A stretch of DNA of 64,000 bases from Botryllus schlosseri (taxonomy: Eukaryota), in contig CM119372.1 of the NCBI GenBank assembly GCA_051294905.1, positions 3,782,001 through 3,846,000 of the forward strand, written 5' to 3'. The notes under the pieces are model-generated. The model did no database searches and had not been told where the DNA came from. It saw nothing but the letters and a program-made list of their open reading frames with translations. Numbering within the stretch: position 1 is the first letter of the stretch; every line of letters begins with the position of its first letter. Below are positions 24,083 through 36,659 of the stretch, in pieces. The translations under genes and the position numbers were made by a program.

Positions 24083-27000
24083 AGTACATGATAGATCAGC
24101 GCGCACTGAACTTCGGAAACGGAATTACTACCATTATCTTTAAGTAGCAAGCCTGAAACTTGGAGCAGTGTTAAATACTACCTTCACGACATATCATACC
24201 AAGTTTCAAGAATTATCATGGTGCGAAACACCGTCAAAATCGACCTATACCAGCAAAGGTCGACTCAACGCATATTACGGTAACCGAGTTCAGATATAGA
24301 TACGATTGTTACATCACACCTTAAGGGCGAGTAGGCATATTTGCCCCGGTTGCTCGGCCATTTTACGAATAGGAGAGAGTAAATCACCGTTTCTTTATTG
24401 TGCGCGGCTTTGAGAGAATAGATAGTGAAAGCTTGTTATGAGCGCTACCGGGGCAAGCCCCGGCTAGGCATTCACAAAGCGAAAACACAGAAGAGAATTC
24501 GATTTTCGCAGACTTCGCTATGTATGGGCGTTTGCAAGCGAAAGCACAAGAAGAACGCGGGTTTCGCTGTGATCTCGGTATATATTGATTGCTGTGCGTC
24601 TATAAATGGTTAAATTGTTATTGAACAGAATTTTAGGTGGGGCAATGCCCCAGTTGCCCTATAGGACGAGCCGCCACTGGAGTAGTCCCACCTTGGCCTT
24701 CGAACACATAAATAAGAGGCATGTGCTCTTACTTACAAGTAAAAGAAGATAACATAAAAAGGATGAAGCGATTAAAAGGAAGTGGCAATTGTCGGTAGGT
24801 GAAAAAGATATGTCTGATCGTGGTTGGGTTGAGCCCGACCAATATATGGCCGATATCTGTCTCCATACAGATTTTGATATAAGCAAACTCCGGTTGATAT
24901 TTATCGGCCTGTTCAATGACGTAATCACTCCTGCCATTGTTTTAAGTGAGAGGGTTTCAGTATTGTTTTTACCATCGGTTCACTTCTTGACGAAAGTATA
25001 CGTCGAAATGTAAGTTGTGTTTCTTAAACTACAATAAACGTCCGCTGAACTGACAGTACTAATTTATTAATACGCAGGAGTTTTATTGTAAATTAGGCTT
25101 ATAAATTCTCTCTCGCGAAGTTAGATATGAAGATTATAATAGGGTGTGTAGAAGCGGATAGTAAATAGGATAATAAAAGTTGAGGACATTTTCAAAGTTG
25201 AGGTCATGAAATTTATGAATGGTTATTATCAACTACTTAAACTACCCATGTATTTGAAAATAATCCGCTCCACATACCTTCAAATGCTCACCAACATCGA
25301 GCAAGATTTCCCTATGTATATAGCTATTGTCCAGAGCTGTGCAACACAACTACGAGTCTTGTGCAAAATTCAATCACGCGATTTGTGTCTGTACTCTGGA
25401 ATAACGTTTACCGTCTAAAGTCCGTAATTTACCTTCTTGTGAGTTTTAAAAGACAATGTTTTGACTCTTTGCTACCTCAACATTGCATTTACAATGGCAT
25501 TATTCTATCCATTCAATTGCTTATTATTTTCAGTGAACTGATTTCCCCTATACATTTGTATTTTTGTTTGTCAATCTAACGTTTTCAGAGCATAACGACT
25601 TCTGATGTTCCTGGCTGGAGTGGCTTAGTGTTTATCACTCTGTTTTAGGGGTGTCGAACATACGGCCCACAAATCAATTCAGAGTAGATTGAAAAATTGC
25701 TTGTATTATGCGGCACATACCTAAAAAGTGTTTTGATATTTAGTAGAAATACTTACAGAATAAATAAGCCCTCCAGACAACAAATGTTGAGCTATGTTGA
25801 TATGCCCGCAATATAACCATCCGACGGCGGTGTGTTGGTTTCACTCTATAGTCACCATTGGCAACCAAGTCGCTGATATTGACACCCAATTCCGGTAAGG
25901 CAAAAAGTGCACATTGATTCCAGAAAGAAGTTCAAAACAGAAGAGAAAGCACTAATGCGAGACCGTCATATTCAAATATCTGTTGTCGCACCGCTGTATT
26001 AGTTTTGGCTTAAAAGGTCTTCGGCCGATACCCGAATCGCGATTTAATACTGATGAACCAAATTCCAACCTCCGCGTTTACAGCTCAATCTCTTGTATTC
26101 CTCACGACACATACCCATAGGGCTAACGCCAGATTACGACTAAAATAAAGTGAGCATATAGAAATATGCCGATATCGAATTTGAGAATGCCAACTTATAT
26201 CGTTACAGATACTGTTTATAGGCTTATATATAACTGCAATTCAATCGGCCACTCAACGTATTTTTCCAATTCCCTTGTTTGATAATAAAGGTGCTATACC
26301 AGAAAAGAACTCCTATGATCCGATGGTAACATAATATAGTATACTATAATGTACACAGGCTTGATAATATTATTCAAGTGAAAAGCAAGGGCATGAGGTA
26401 GCATTTTCGAATCATTGACCGGTCCGGTCCGCGACGCAAGGTGAGTTTGACACCACCCCTGCTGTATTATGTCGAGCCTCCCGTCTCTATTATTATAACT
26501 TTGCTTATCTGCTTATCACATTTCCCCTATTACATTTTTGCTATGTATGTTATCGATTTTCACGGTTGAAAAATATAGATTCTGTCGCTCACTCTCTCTC
26601 TCTTATGCCGGGTATATATTTATCAAATTACCGCCACTATTTAAAAGTTCTAGTTGAAAGTGCTACATTTTGATATCGGAAGAATATATCGAGTTTATCG
26701 ACAATAATACAATGTATCGGCGACACCGTTATCGCGTCAAAATTCTGATATCGGGCGGGAGCTCCAGTTTCTAACTCCGATGGATATGGTCAGTCAAGAA
26801 CAAAAGTCCATTCTGTGCAGTGTCCACTCTTAAACACCCTTAATCTACTATATAAGCTCTTCATTATCACTTAATCAAGCACGATAACTCATCATTCTCA
26901 ATAGTCTGTATTATATTTTAGTAAAATATATTAGAATCTCAGTTCTAGTTGCGATAAATGCGAAGATTCCTAATTTTCTATTGTACAAACACGGATATGC

Positions 27001-27160
27001 GTTTAAAAACGTATATGCATTCCATTTCATGATTGAATACGTTCCTCAGCGAGGTGTTTCCGAAGTCAAGAGACGCCGATAGCAGTAATTCTTCCAACAG
27101 GCTCCGTGGAATTTCAGCTACGCTGGAACTGTACCAACTCCCTCGTTCGTGTTTGGGAAT

Positions 27161-30100
27161 TCATTCCGATTCGTTGTGACGTTTCGTCTCTTCCATGAGC
27201 AAGTCGGTTTTCTTCTCTTTCTGTTTCGTGAATCTCCCGAGCCATGATCGGTCTTCCGGCGCCAAGAATAATCTAAGGACCATTTTCTACTCGGTTATCA
27301 TGGTCACACTTTTCGAAACTAAGAAATGAGTTGAAACCCGACCGTATAGCACAGTGGTTCCTAACCTTTTTCGACTCATCGTCCCCTATCCAGCTTGACT
27401 AATATTTATCGCCCAACATGAGGACATATAAACGGGGAAATTGTGCAAGTTACCATGATCGCAGGTAAAGTGACTTGAAAAAAGTCAACTTGTCGCAGCG
27501 ATCCCCGAAAATCCGGGTATCTGAGGATAATTTGTGGCGAGTTTACCTTTTTTAGTCAACTTTTGCGGCAGTTCCAGAGTAACCCGTTTTTCAAGTGTAT
27601 TATTAACTACATGTGACTGAACGTTCCAATATTTTCGCCCCCTTCGTACGTTTTCGCCCCCAATCCCACCCCTTTTATTCGCGCCCTCTGTTTCTCAAAA
27701 TCGCCCGCGTTGGGCACCACTGGTATAGCATGTCATACACATGTATTCGTGTCAGAAAGGTGCTTTGAAGAGATGATGGAATATCTGTATCAAAGCAAAC
27801 TAGTTTATCCACTGTTCCGTCACATATAGTTTAACAAAACAGCGCATTGTAAACGTTGGAAAGGGATGGTCCTTATTACAAACGTTGAATATAAATGATT
27901 TTCTCTCTTTACGTAATACGAGCATTGTCACTGTCTTTTTTCCGCAATAAAGCATGTACTGATTTTCTTTACCATCTCAGCGTTGTCAAAAGATAACCCA
28001 AGATGCATATAATCAGAGGTGGTCAATAGAGAAGTACTCAAGTAGATTTTCCTGCTTATATTGCTCCCTCAAGTGGTTATGATTTTATACTACTTTTAAT
28101 TCACAATTTTCAGTTTAATATGCAAAGCTAAGCGTAGAATACCTACTTTTTTTATTTAGTTAGAAAACGCTATACTTCTACTTGAGTGCCAACGGCATAA
28201 AATCGTTTGAAAAAGTTGACGAGTGATTCGCGCAATGTAATCTGGTAAAAGTTCAATGCATTTTAACGCGCAGCTAAAGATTAGGAAACCTGAGAAGCTT
28301 TTGAATGGACGGTCAGGATTACGATATCGAACTTACAGCCAGAACACGCCCGCGGCTATTGCTCCTAGTATGTCAGATGTCCATAGCAACCAATGCCGAT
28401 TCCATGCCGGTCCGCCGATCAGCACTGCGGGGCCGAACACCCTTGAAGGACTGAGGCATACGACTCCTGTCCAGCGCCTAGAATGTATGTAGGATGCATG
28501 TATGTATATTACGGGATTATGCGTTTCGTGAATCGCCTGTCACATGTGTAAACTATGCCAATAAAGAGACACTTTTATTTTTCAGCCACCAAGTACGCTC
28601 ACAGCAACAATGATGATACAGACAAAAAAACGAAAACACAGTATTCAGTATAGGATAGGAATAATTCGATACGACCTTAGAGCTCAACTATTGATCACTA
28701 AAGCTGGGCACAATGATTCGAGACGGGTAGTGAGAGATGATATTTCGAGCACCACAATTACTTACTACTCTCTCCTTGCGACAATAGAGGTAATTTATTA
28801 ACGATAATTATAGTTCCGATGCTATTCTCCACTGTGAAAGGCTGTAAACCACGATTGGCCATGCCGGCGGCATATACGAAACATGCTAATACATATGTGA
28901 AGTTGTGGTCAACCAACAGCATTGTCACAAAGTGTTATGAGATATAGGTATGGTGAATAATTACCCAATCTTATTTAATATGTTGCGGAACAGGCATTTT
29001 AGTTATTGGACGCATAAAATGTAGGCCCACATATTTCAACTTTCTGCATCATCCATACTGTCGCGACTAGGGTTGCATTTAAAGCAAATGCTTGTTTAAA
29101 ACAGTTTGCTCAAAACATGTTTTAAACAGTGTTTTAAACAAAGGCCTTTAAAAAAATTTTAAGTTGTAAATCGTGCCATAATTGTATAAATACTTTGCAA
29201 AAAACATGTTGTGTGAGCCTACGGACAATTACCACGCGATATAGCTGACGTATACGATATGGATGGTTGGAACCCGCAAAATAGTCGGTTCAACAGCTAT
29301 AGTTCGTAGATATTTCGTCAAAGGAGCTATATTTACCCTGTATTTTCAATTGTCAATGTCACTTGACGTCACAATTGAATATTTGTGACGTTATGGCTAA
29401 AAAAAGTAAACAAAAAACAATAAAAAACATGTTTTAAACAAGGGTCTTGTCTTAAACATGTTTGTTTTGAACTGATTTTGTTTTCAATGCAACCCTAGTT
29501 GCGACGTCATAATGATACTCTCTAATACTGCACTCGACGCCGAATACTCGATTCAGAATCGAATCACTCAGTCTGATTTTTTCCCGCCCTACCGATCATA
29601 CCCGTATCAAAAATATTAAACATACGTAAGTTATAGCAGTCATATAAAATTCGAATCAAAATCAGTGTAAGAATGACGTACCCTGATAGAAGACACATGA
29701 ACACAGCCATACCGACGCCGAACACTCCAAGTGGCTCATTTACTTTCGCGTTTTGAGTCAACTCCGCCGCTATAATCGTAATGCTGGCGACCATGATGAT
29801 TTCATTGAAAAGAATTGACAAGGATCCCACATCTTCCGGGATAATAAGTGCAGGTGGCGGCGCTCCCCTTATCAACTAAACTCGTCAATCAAAGAATGAA
29901 TGTCAGGTATAGTTTGTGTGAAGGTCAGGCATAGTTTACTTGAGATACGTAAGCAGCCAGTAGCGATGATAAACATTGCATGATGATGTTTGGTACTAAC
30001 ATAAGAGCAGGTACGGTACCGACGATCACGAGCGTTGTGGTAATAGCAGGACTGAATTGCGCCGGTGCGTAGCTGTTTGCAAGCAAAGCTACTGAAGACA

Positions 30101-31169
30101 GTTCAACGAAACCAATTGGATTTAATACCTCATTCTTGAATACACCATTATGCATATCCACACTGATATTCCTGACTGAAAAGCCGGCGCGAAATACTTT
30201 GACATGTAATCTATCTCCATGTCCCCAGGCTTCGTGGTGCTGCAACAATATATGTTATTCATAGAACTGAATAGATAACGTGGTGTCCTGGTACCAGATA
30301 CATTCGGTTTGTGGATAGGACATGCTATAAGATTGACACCCAGACTTGTCACTATTAAGACCCAGGAAAGATGGGTCCCTAGGGGCTGTCATAGTCCGGA
30401 TTTTCCGGACATGTCCGTACTTTCAGTGTGTAAACAGCGTCCGGGGAATGCTAAATATGCCTAAATGTCCAAAATTTTGGAAAATTGTATTTTAGTCCGA
30501 ATTTTTCTAGGTTGTCAGCTGTCATTTTCCTCAACTTTTTCTAGGTAGCGAGCATTTTCAGTTTGTCAAATCTGTTTGCTTCAAACCATTCTGCAGCTCG
30601 TATATATCACGTGTCAGAAATTGTTTGCTATCAGCAGTGCAGAGCAGGGTTAGGCTTACAACATGGATCTCTTCGTCAACCTTCAAAGCCCGCATTTGAA
30701 TATTTGCTACCCTGGCATCAGTTCATTTAATTTTTAATTATTCTATCAAAATTACACAAGATCGTGATATAATGAATGCTACAACCACCACGGGCTATCT
30801 AGTGCCCGTGGACACCGCGTTGGCGACCCCTGGTGTACAGACATTTACCATTTTCATGCTTATTTGAATGAACTGTGATTTCTTACTAATTCGGAATTTA
30901 ATTCAACTTCCAATCCATTTCAGTAATCCAATTTCGAAATCATAAAAACTTTTCTACACGGTCATTGTCCAACTCTCATAGCATAATTGATGGTAATTGT
31001 TTAACGTTTATACTTACTTCAGATTAAAATCGTCATATTGTGGCTTCTCCACCATGACTCCCCAGAATGTCATCGTAAACTGGGATATGAATTCAACCAA
31101 GAGAGGAATAACAACGTGCCTAACCGGATCGCGCTTGAAGTCATCCCATCCGTATGCAACTGGCGGCAT
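27161..31169 (-). CDS. aqp8-like: Aquaporin-8-like channel (280 aa) with SPA/SPS replacing both NPA motifs
   Basis: Exons 31169-31018, 30239-30129, 30072-29940, 29875-29682, 28477-28337 and 27272-27161; all GT-AG, phases compatible, 843 nt. MIP hallmarks: IPLLVEF (TM1 Glu), AQFSPAIT..MQCLSSLLAA, FNEII (TM4 Glu), CLSPSRVFGPAV, HWLLW..ILGA. Confidence 0.87.
27352..27722. mobile_element. hAT-type MITE in aquaporin intron 5
   Basis: TIR CAGTGGTTCCTAAC / GTTGGGCACCACTG; perfect TSD GTATAGCA (27344-27351, 27723-27730). Confidence 0.8.
29068..29497. mobile_element. hAT-type MITE in aquaporin intron 4
   Basis: TIR TAGGGTTGCATT / AATGCAACCCTA; TSD GTCGCGAC/GTTGCGAC (7/8). Confidence 0.75.
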
Positions 31170-31442
31170 CGTTGTTCCCTTATGTTATGTTGGGTGTCGT
31201 AGCCTAGTCTAATTCCTGGTTTTCCTGAAAATGCTACCGGAAAACTGTATAATGTCACACGAGCCAAACTTGCTGTAGGCCTACAAACACTTGCCAGTAT
31301 CACGCGAATGAGAATGAGCTCTAATTTGACACGAACTGAACTTGATTCGATTTCCAAATTTTTGCGAATCCAGTAATTCTAATTCCAATCAAGTTTGAAA
31401 AAAGACTTCAAGTCAATTTATGGCTACAATTTTCAATATTCC

Positions 31443-31668
31443 AATACACCACAACACTGCGATACAATGAAAGACAGGAAGGTGTCGAAACGACTTGGAG
31501 TAGTCTTTGAAATCAGACCCCCACCTGGCCTAGGCGATGTAAACAAAGGAGGCATGCACGCTGAATGGAAAGTAAAAGAAGATAATATGAAAGGACGGGT
31601 GAAAAAAGGTGGCATGTAACGGAAGGCGAAATCGATATGTCAGATCGTGGTCCGGTAAACTAGAGGAC
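31443..31668. repeat. Interspersed repeat family X (~230 bp, unclassified)
   Basis: Colinear copies at 55046-55260, 54240-54340 (partial), 17800-17860 (inverted, partial), and 18548-18602 plus 24688-24830 (split by the hAT insertion). Confidence 0.6.
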
Positions 31669-32081
31669 TAAATAGTATTTACTCGGTAGAAATCGTTTGT
31701 ACTTCGACTTGAATGTGAACATGCTCGATGACTGTCTGATAGCCGGCAAGATACTGTTCCACAAATCAGGCCCGGCATATGCGATAGAGCGATGATCTTT
31801 TTTGTCTACCATATAGTATAGTTGGACGACGTGGACGCACGTGTGTTGTACTGATACATAAACTTGGGAATTTCTAGTTTCCGCATATTATTTATGTTTA
31901 GGACGCCGGATCTTTTGAGCAGTGATTTGTTAGACACACATCCTGGTTCCTTTGGGCCCTGGCTATGATACGGTGGACCTGATGTTGTAGTTTTTGCAGT
32001 GGCTTCGGTGCGCTAACACTGGCATCCCCCCAACAGATGATGCCATATTTGACGATGCCAGGTGATGCCATACTTTAAAGC

Positions 32082-33356
32082 CAGGACGTAACTGCCAAAC
32101 CCCAAACCACCCAATGGGGGGGGGGGGAGAGTTCGAAGGGGGCCGCAAATTATTTCGTGAATTAGCATAAATTATAGAGTATTTTTTGAAATTTATCCAA
32201 CTTTTTCAAAAAATTTTCGCGCTAGGCGCGATTTAAAGTTGCCAAATATCTTGGTTATTTGGTACTCTTCCCCCAAGAAAAATGATTTATAGAAATGGAT
32301 ATATCGGCGCTGGCCGTTACCGCGCCACTACGCACCAAGATATATAACGATTTAGGACATATTACATGCGACTCCAAGAAGTGTGCCAGAACGATCGGCA
32401 GCGCGAAAAGCTTGGCCGAAAAGGACTGCATGCCCTTACGCAGACCGAAAACTTCGTTATGTATACAAAATAATAGGTTTAATTGTCCAGGCGCCTAAAT
32501 GACTGGCGCCATATGTTCCTGTCTTGGCAATCTGAACCTCCGAAGACAAATACCATCTCGCAGGAAAAAAGTTTATGCCAGTGAACAATACCACTTTGAA
32601 ATCGATTCTATATTTTTGATGTAGCAGACAGGAGGTCACGAAATAAAATCACGTAACGAAGTCATACCAACGGGTCCGCCCGCCCGAAGATGTTTAATTA
32701 TTATTTACGGTCCTTACAGTTTCCGGTAAATCTGATAACGTGAGCAGAGAGGACAAGAAATTGATAGCAATATATATGCAATTCCCGATCTTATTGACCG
32801 ATTGTATCATGAATTATCGAATATTTTCGCCCTTAGCGCAGGCTCACTAAACAGCAGTGCAGCTAATTTCGCGGCAAAAGCGAACACTGTGATGAGGGGG
32901 TCGGTTTATAACCCTATGAGATCCTCAAGGCAAAGTTTTTGTGGGGGCGGGGCTGACGAAGTGCTGTTTCGTTCCTGCCAACGGGTATACGCCCGAAGAT
33001 GTTTAATTATTATTGGGCGGTCCTACGTTTTCAAACACACCCCGTTCAGCTCTACCGGTAAATTTGATTACGTGAGCCGAGAGAGGATCAAAATTGATAG
33101 CAATATATATGTAATTCCCGATCATATTGACCGATTCAACCATGATTTACCGAATTTTTCGCGCTTCGCGAGTCTAGGCGGGAAAAGCTGACTCACCAAA
33201 CGGACACCAAATGCAGATGTCAAATAGCGGCAAAAAGCGGGTAGCCGAAGGGGGTCTGGGGGGCGAAGCCTCCCATAAGCTCGGTTTATCACCCTATGGG
33301 GGGGGGGGGTAAGGCCAACGTTTTTTGGGGGCTGACGAAGTGCTGTTACGGCCCTG
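32082..33356. mobile_element. Non-autonomous hAT element, 1275 bp (family shared with 56304-57633)
   Basis: Termini CAGGACGTAAC / GTTACGGCCCTG; perfect TSD TTTAAAGC (32074-32081, 33357-33364); internal ~330-bp duplication. Confidence 0.85.
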
Positions 33357-34902
33357 TTTAAAGCTATAATTATAATTATAATTATAATCTAATTTGGTAA
33401 AGCTGAAAATTGTCTAGTTGTCCAATTCTGGAAGTTAACTCAATTCACGATATGTCTAATTTGTGGTTGCTCATTATCCCAGTCGGGAAATACGTTCGAT
33501 GTAGAGTAGACTGTCATGGTGCCTGTGTAACGTAACCTTATGAGCATTCCTGGTCCTGAAACCTATTTAGTGCACTGTGTTTTTAACCTACAGAACCTAA
33601 AAGTGGGTTCGGTAATATTTCCAAAGGCATCGCGCGCAACGAAAATAGCAATTTTTTTCGCTGTGCCGACATGTGCCATGATCTTTCTGATTGTCCCGAT
33701 GGTTCAAATATTATCTAGCGCGAAGCGGACTTCGCAATGATGCTGGTATTTTGAAACTTACGATAGTGCGTATTGAGAATCCACAGTTGAAACATGAGTT
33801 GTTATTCCTTGCGATATCATAATCTGACTGCACAACGGTAGCCTAACCAACGCCCGCGGCATTCCACATTCGCATCCATTGATGTTATTTTGCGGATTGA
33901 AATTATTGCTCCGTTAAGAAAAAATCGAAATACTAAAATCAAAAGCAATGAATGCGTATTAGATCAAGTGCGTATCAATGAATGCGTATTACAACAACGC
34001 CGTCCCATATTCAGTTTCACTATTCAGCGAGCTACGTGAGAGGGGTCCGATGCTTCGAATATACCAGAGATTTCATGAATCAATGCTACACAGCTACGCT
34101 TGAACGACGATTGACGCTTTCACTCAATTCTTACAGGTAGGCCAATAAGGTTAACTGCTCAAGTCGACTAGGGTGTTCCTATAGCATTTATATCCTTTTG
34201 ACTATACGATACCAACATCGCGCAACACATGGTAGGTAGGTTAGGTAGGTAGCATCATATTCAAACTAGGACCTTTTAGCTCATCCTGTAATCTTTTGTT
34301 GCCTTCGGGTTGGCTGAACTATCTATCACTAGAGCTGAGATAAATACATCATTGATCTGCCCATCGCACTGCGTTGCAATGAGTGATTAAAATTTCACCC
34401 GCGGCGAAATCCTTACCAGGCAATATAAACAAGCTGTACGAACATACGATTGTAATGTTCACTGAAAGACATCAACTCCAACCCTATTAGGACGATTCCA
34501 GCGGCACGAGTGCCGCAGTACAAACATTCAAGTGGGCTATCACAATCGACAACTGGAAAAACCAACATACTTTTAATTCACCTTTGCTACTGAAGCGCAG
34601 TGCGCATGTCATCGACAATATTTTTATAGAGTTATATTGTCATTGGCCCAGGGCAATGCATCCTAAATATTCGAGTTTCACAGGTGCAAACTCACTTAGC
34701 TATACTTGTTTCCTTCAGCTACGGTGTGGCAGAACTATTTATCTCTCAATAGCCTACTGACACGCAAAAACCGGTGAGTTCGAAAAATGCGAGCTGCCCA
34801 CGGCAATCCATCTTCCTTAAACACAGATTTGTCGGTATTTCGCTTCAAGGTCAGCAATCACAAATTACGCTGGTTCGTGCAGCAAGCATCACGTATCAGA
34901 AG

Positions 34903-35625
34903 CAGACTTGGACAAATAGTTGTCTAATTTCACTAAATTAGATCGAAATGCAAGTAATCTAATTCTTATCTAATTTGTGATATGTTTCTGTAATTCTAAT
35001 TCTAATCTATTTTGTGAAATGGTCCTCTGATCTAATTCTAATTCTAATCTAATTTATTGTTTTCCTGAAAATGCCGTGATGTCCGAGTACGATAATAGTG
35101 GTAATTGTGACGAATAATAACCATGTGTTAGCGCAACGCCGAAGCCATTTCTGCTAGAGCGGAATAGTGTTGTTGGGCACAGGCGAATAGCTTATTTTGA
35201 AGAAAAAAAACAATAATTTGAAATTGAAATCAATTTCAGTATTTCAAAATTCTTTACTTCGCGTTCTTTTAAAATCACAAATCAGATCGCCGGCCGCATG
35301 TAGCCCTCGTCTTGGTGATCCCTGGTGAGTGCAAAACGAGCGAAGCGTAGTGTAGAGACGTTAACCATTCTCATGCTTACGCACTGTGATTTGATATGAA
35401 ATGAACTTGTTTTTTGTAGTATTTATTTCTCATTCAATTTCCAAGTTTTTGCGAACTCAGAAATTCTAATGCTAATCTAATTCGGAAAAAGCTATGTAGC
35501 TCTAATTCTAACCTAATTTGAAAAAAGTTTGTTGCTTTAATTCTAATCAAATTTGGAAAAAACTGTGTAGCTCAAATTCCAATTCTAATCTTAAAAGCCG
35601 AAATTTTTCTAGTTGTCCAAGTCTG
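34903..35625. mobile_element. hAT-type MITE with TTCTAATT subterminal repeats
   Basis: TIR CAGACTTGGACAA / TTGTCCAAGTCTG; perfect TSD ATCAGAAG (34895-34902, 35626-35633). Confidence 0.82.
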
Positions 35626-35665
35626 ATCAGAAGTACGCTTTCCAGATATACGCAGAAGTCCATAT

Positions 35666-36649
35666 CAGTGTTGGGATGACTCGAGTCATGACTTGACTCG
35701 AGTCAACTTTTTCGTATGACTTGACTTGACTCGAGTCACTTTCCAAAAATGACTTGACTTGACTTGACTCGGCGCTTCAAAAATGCGAATTGACTCGTGA
35801 CTCGGAGCAAAATTTTGGAGTCAATTTCGAGTCATCAAGTAAACGGTATCGATTAAATCACTGAATGTTGTGAATGTTATTATTATGTGCGATACTCCTG
35901 CTGTGTCACTTGCGAGAGTAACCAGTCATTCAGTGATTGTACGTTTCACTGATCCTCTATTGCTACATCACAAATATATTGACAACAAACGTAATGATCA
36001 CAGCTTACGTTGTTAGTAGTAGTAGCAATAGATTAACCTCATAACAAAGTATCTCTGTTTCTTAGACGGCCCACGGGCCCAGTGCTTAAATTCCACGGTG
36101 ATCGCCTTTACCGACCCTCTTATATGACTTAAATCCAGCGAATATAGTTTGTGCGTTTATTTTTCACGGATCGGTATAGTGTATTATGTACCATATGAAT
36201 TTGTTAAACTTCTCAAGCCTTCGAGCCGATTGGCTGCTAATAACAGACTGTTGCATGTTGTTATACATAGTAACTCGAGTATTTTATTTGCAGTGCTACG
36301 CGTGCGTGAGCGATACAGTGCCTTCTTGAGGAATATTTAACTTTATATTAGTTATTTGATTCAATATAAATGGCCAATTATTCTGTCTTTTACACAGCTA
36401 GCAACATGTTATGACTTTGAATCGTCACTGATACTTCGAAAATTCAATTTGACTTGAATTATGACTTGACTCGTGACTCGTCTTGAGTTGACTTGACTTG
36501 AGTTGACTCAAGTCACCTCCAAAAAACGAGAGACTTGGCTTGACTCGAGTCACCTTCGAAAATCGATTGACTTGACTTGACTCGAGTCAAAATGTGCAAT
36601 GACTCGAGATGACTCGTGACTCGAAGGTAGTGACTTGATCCCAACACCG
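35666..36649. mobile_element. hAT-type non-autonomous element with GACTTGACTCGAGTC subterminal arrays
   Basis: TIR CAGTGTTGGGAT / ATCCCAACACCG; perfect TSD GTCCATAT (35658-35665, 36650-36657). Confidence 0.85.
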
Positions 36650-36659
36650 GTCCATATAT

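Larger units (their letters stand above)
18603..24679. mobile_element. Non-autonomous hAT element (~2.4 kb of its own sequence) containing a nested autonomous transposon
   Basis: TIR CAGTGGCGGCTCGT / ACGAGCCGCCACTG; perfect TSD GAGTAGTC (18595-18602, 24680-24687). The flanks rejoin into one copy of the repeat seen intact at 31443-31668 and 55046-55260. Confidence 0.85.

Noticed and set aside
24880-25440. Putative short exons on either strand near 24960-25010 and 25290-25440
   Set aside because: Conflicting strand assignments and no recognisable product.
29925-30248. NPIGF in the 107-aa ORF as the aquaporin's first NPA-like box
   Set aside because: It lies in the 56-nt intron 30128-30073. 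The loop B motif by alignment is FSPA in exon 3.
31460-31500. GACA/TGTC hairpin plus GAAAC in repeat X as a hammerhead
   Set aside because: No CUGANGA box (reads AAUGAAA) and no UH cleavage triplet in register.
32950-33350. CTGACGA motifs in the 1.3-kb hAT element
   Set aside because: Followed by TTTCG or the TIR rather than GAAA on the same strand, so not a ribozyme core.
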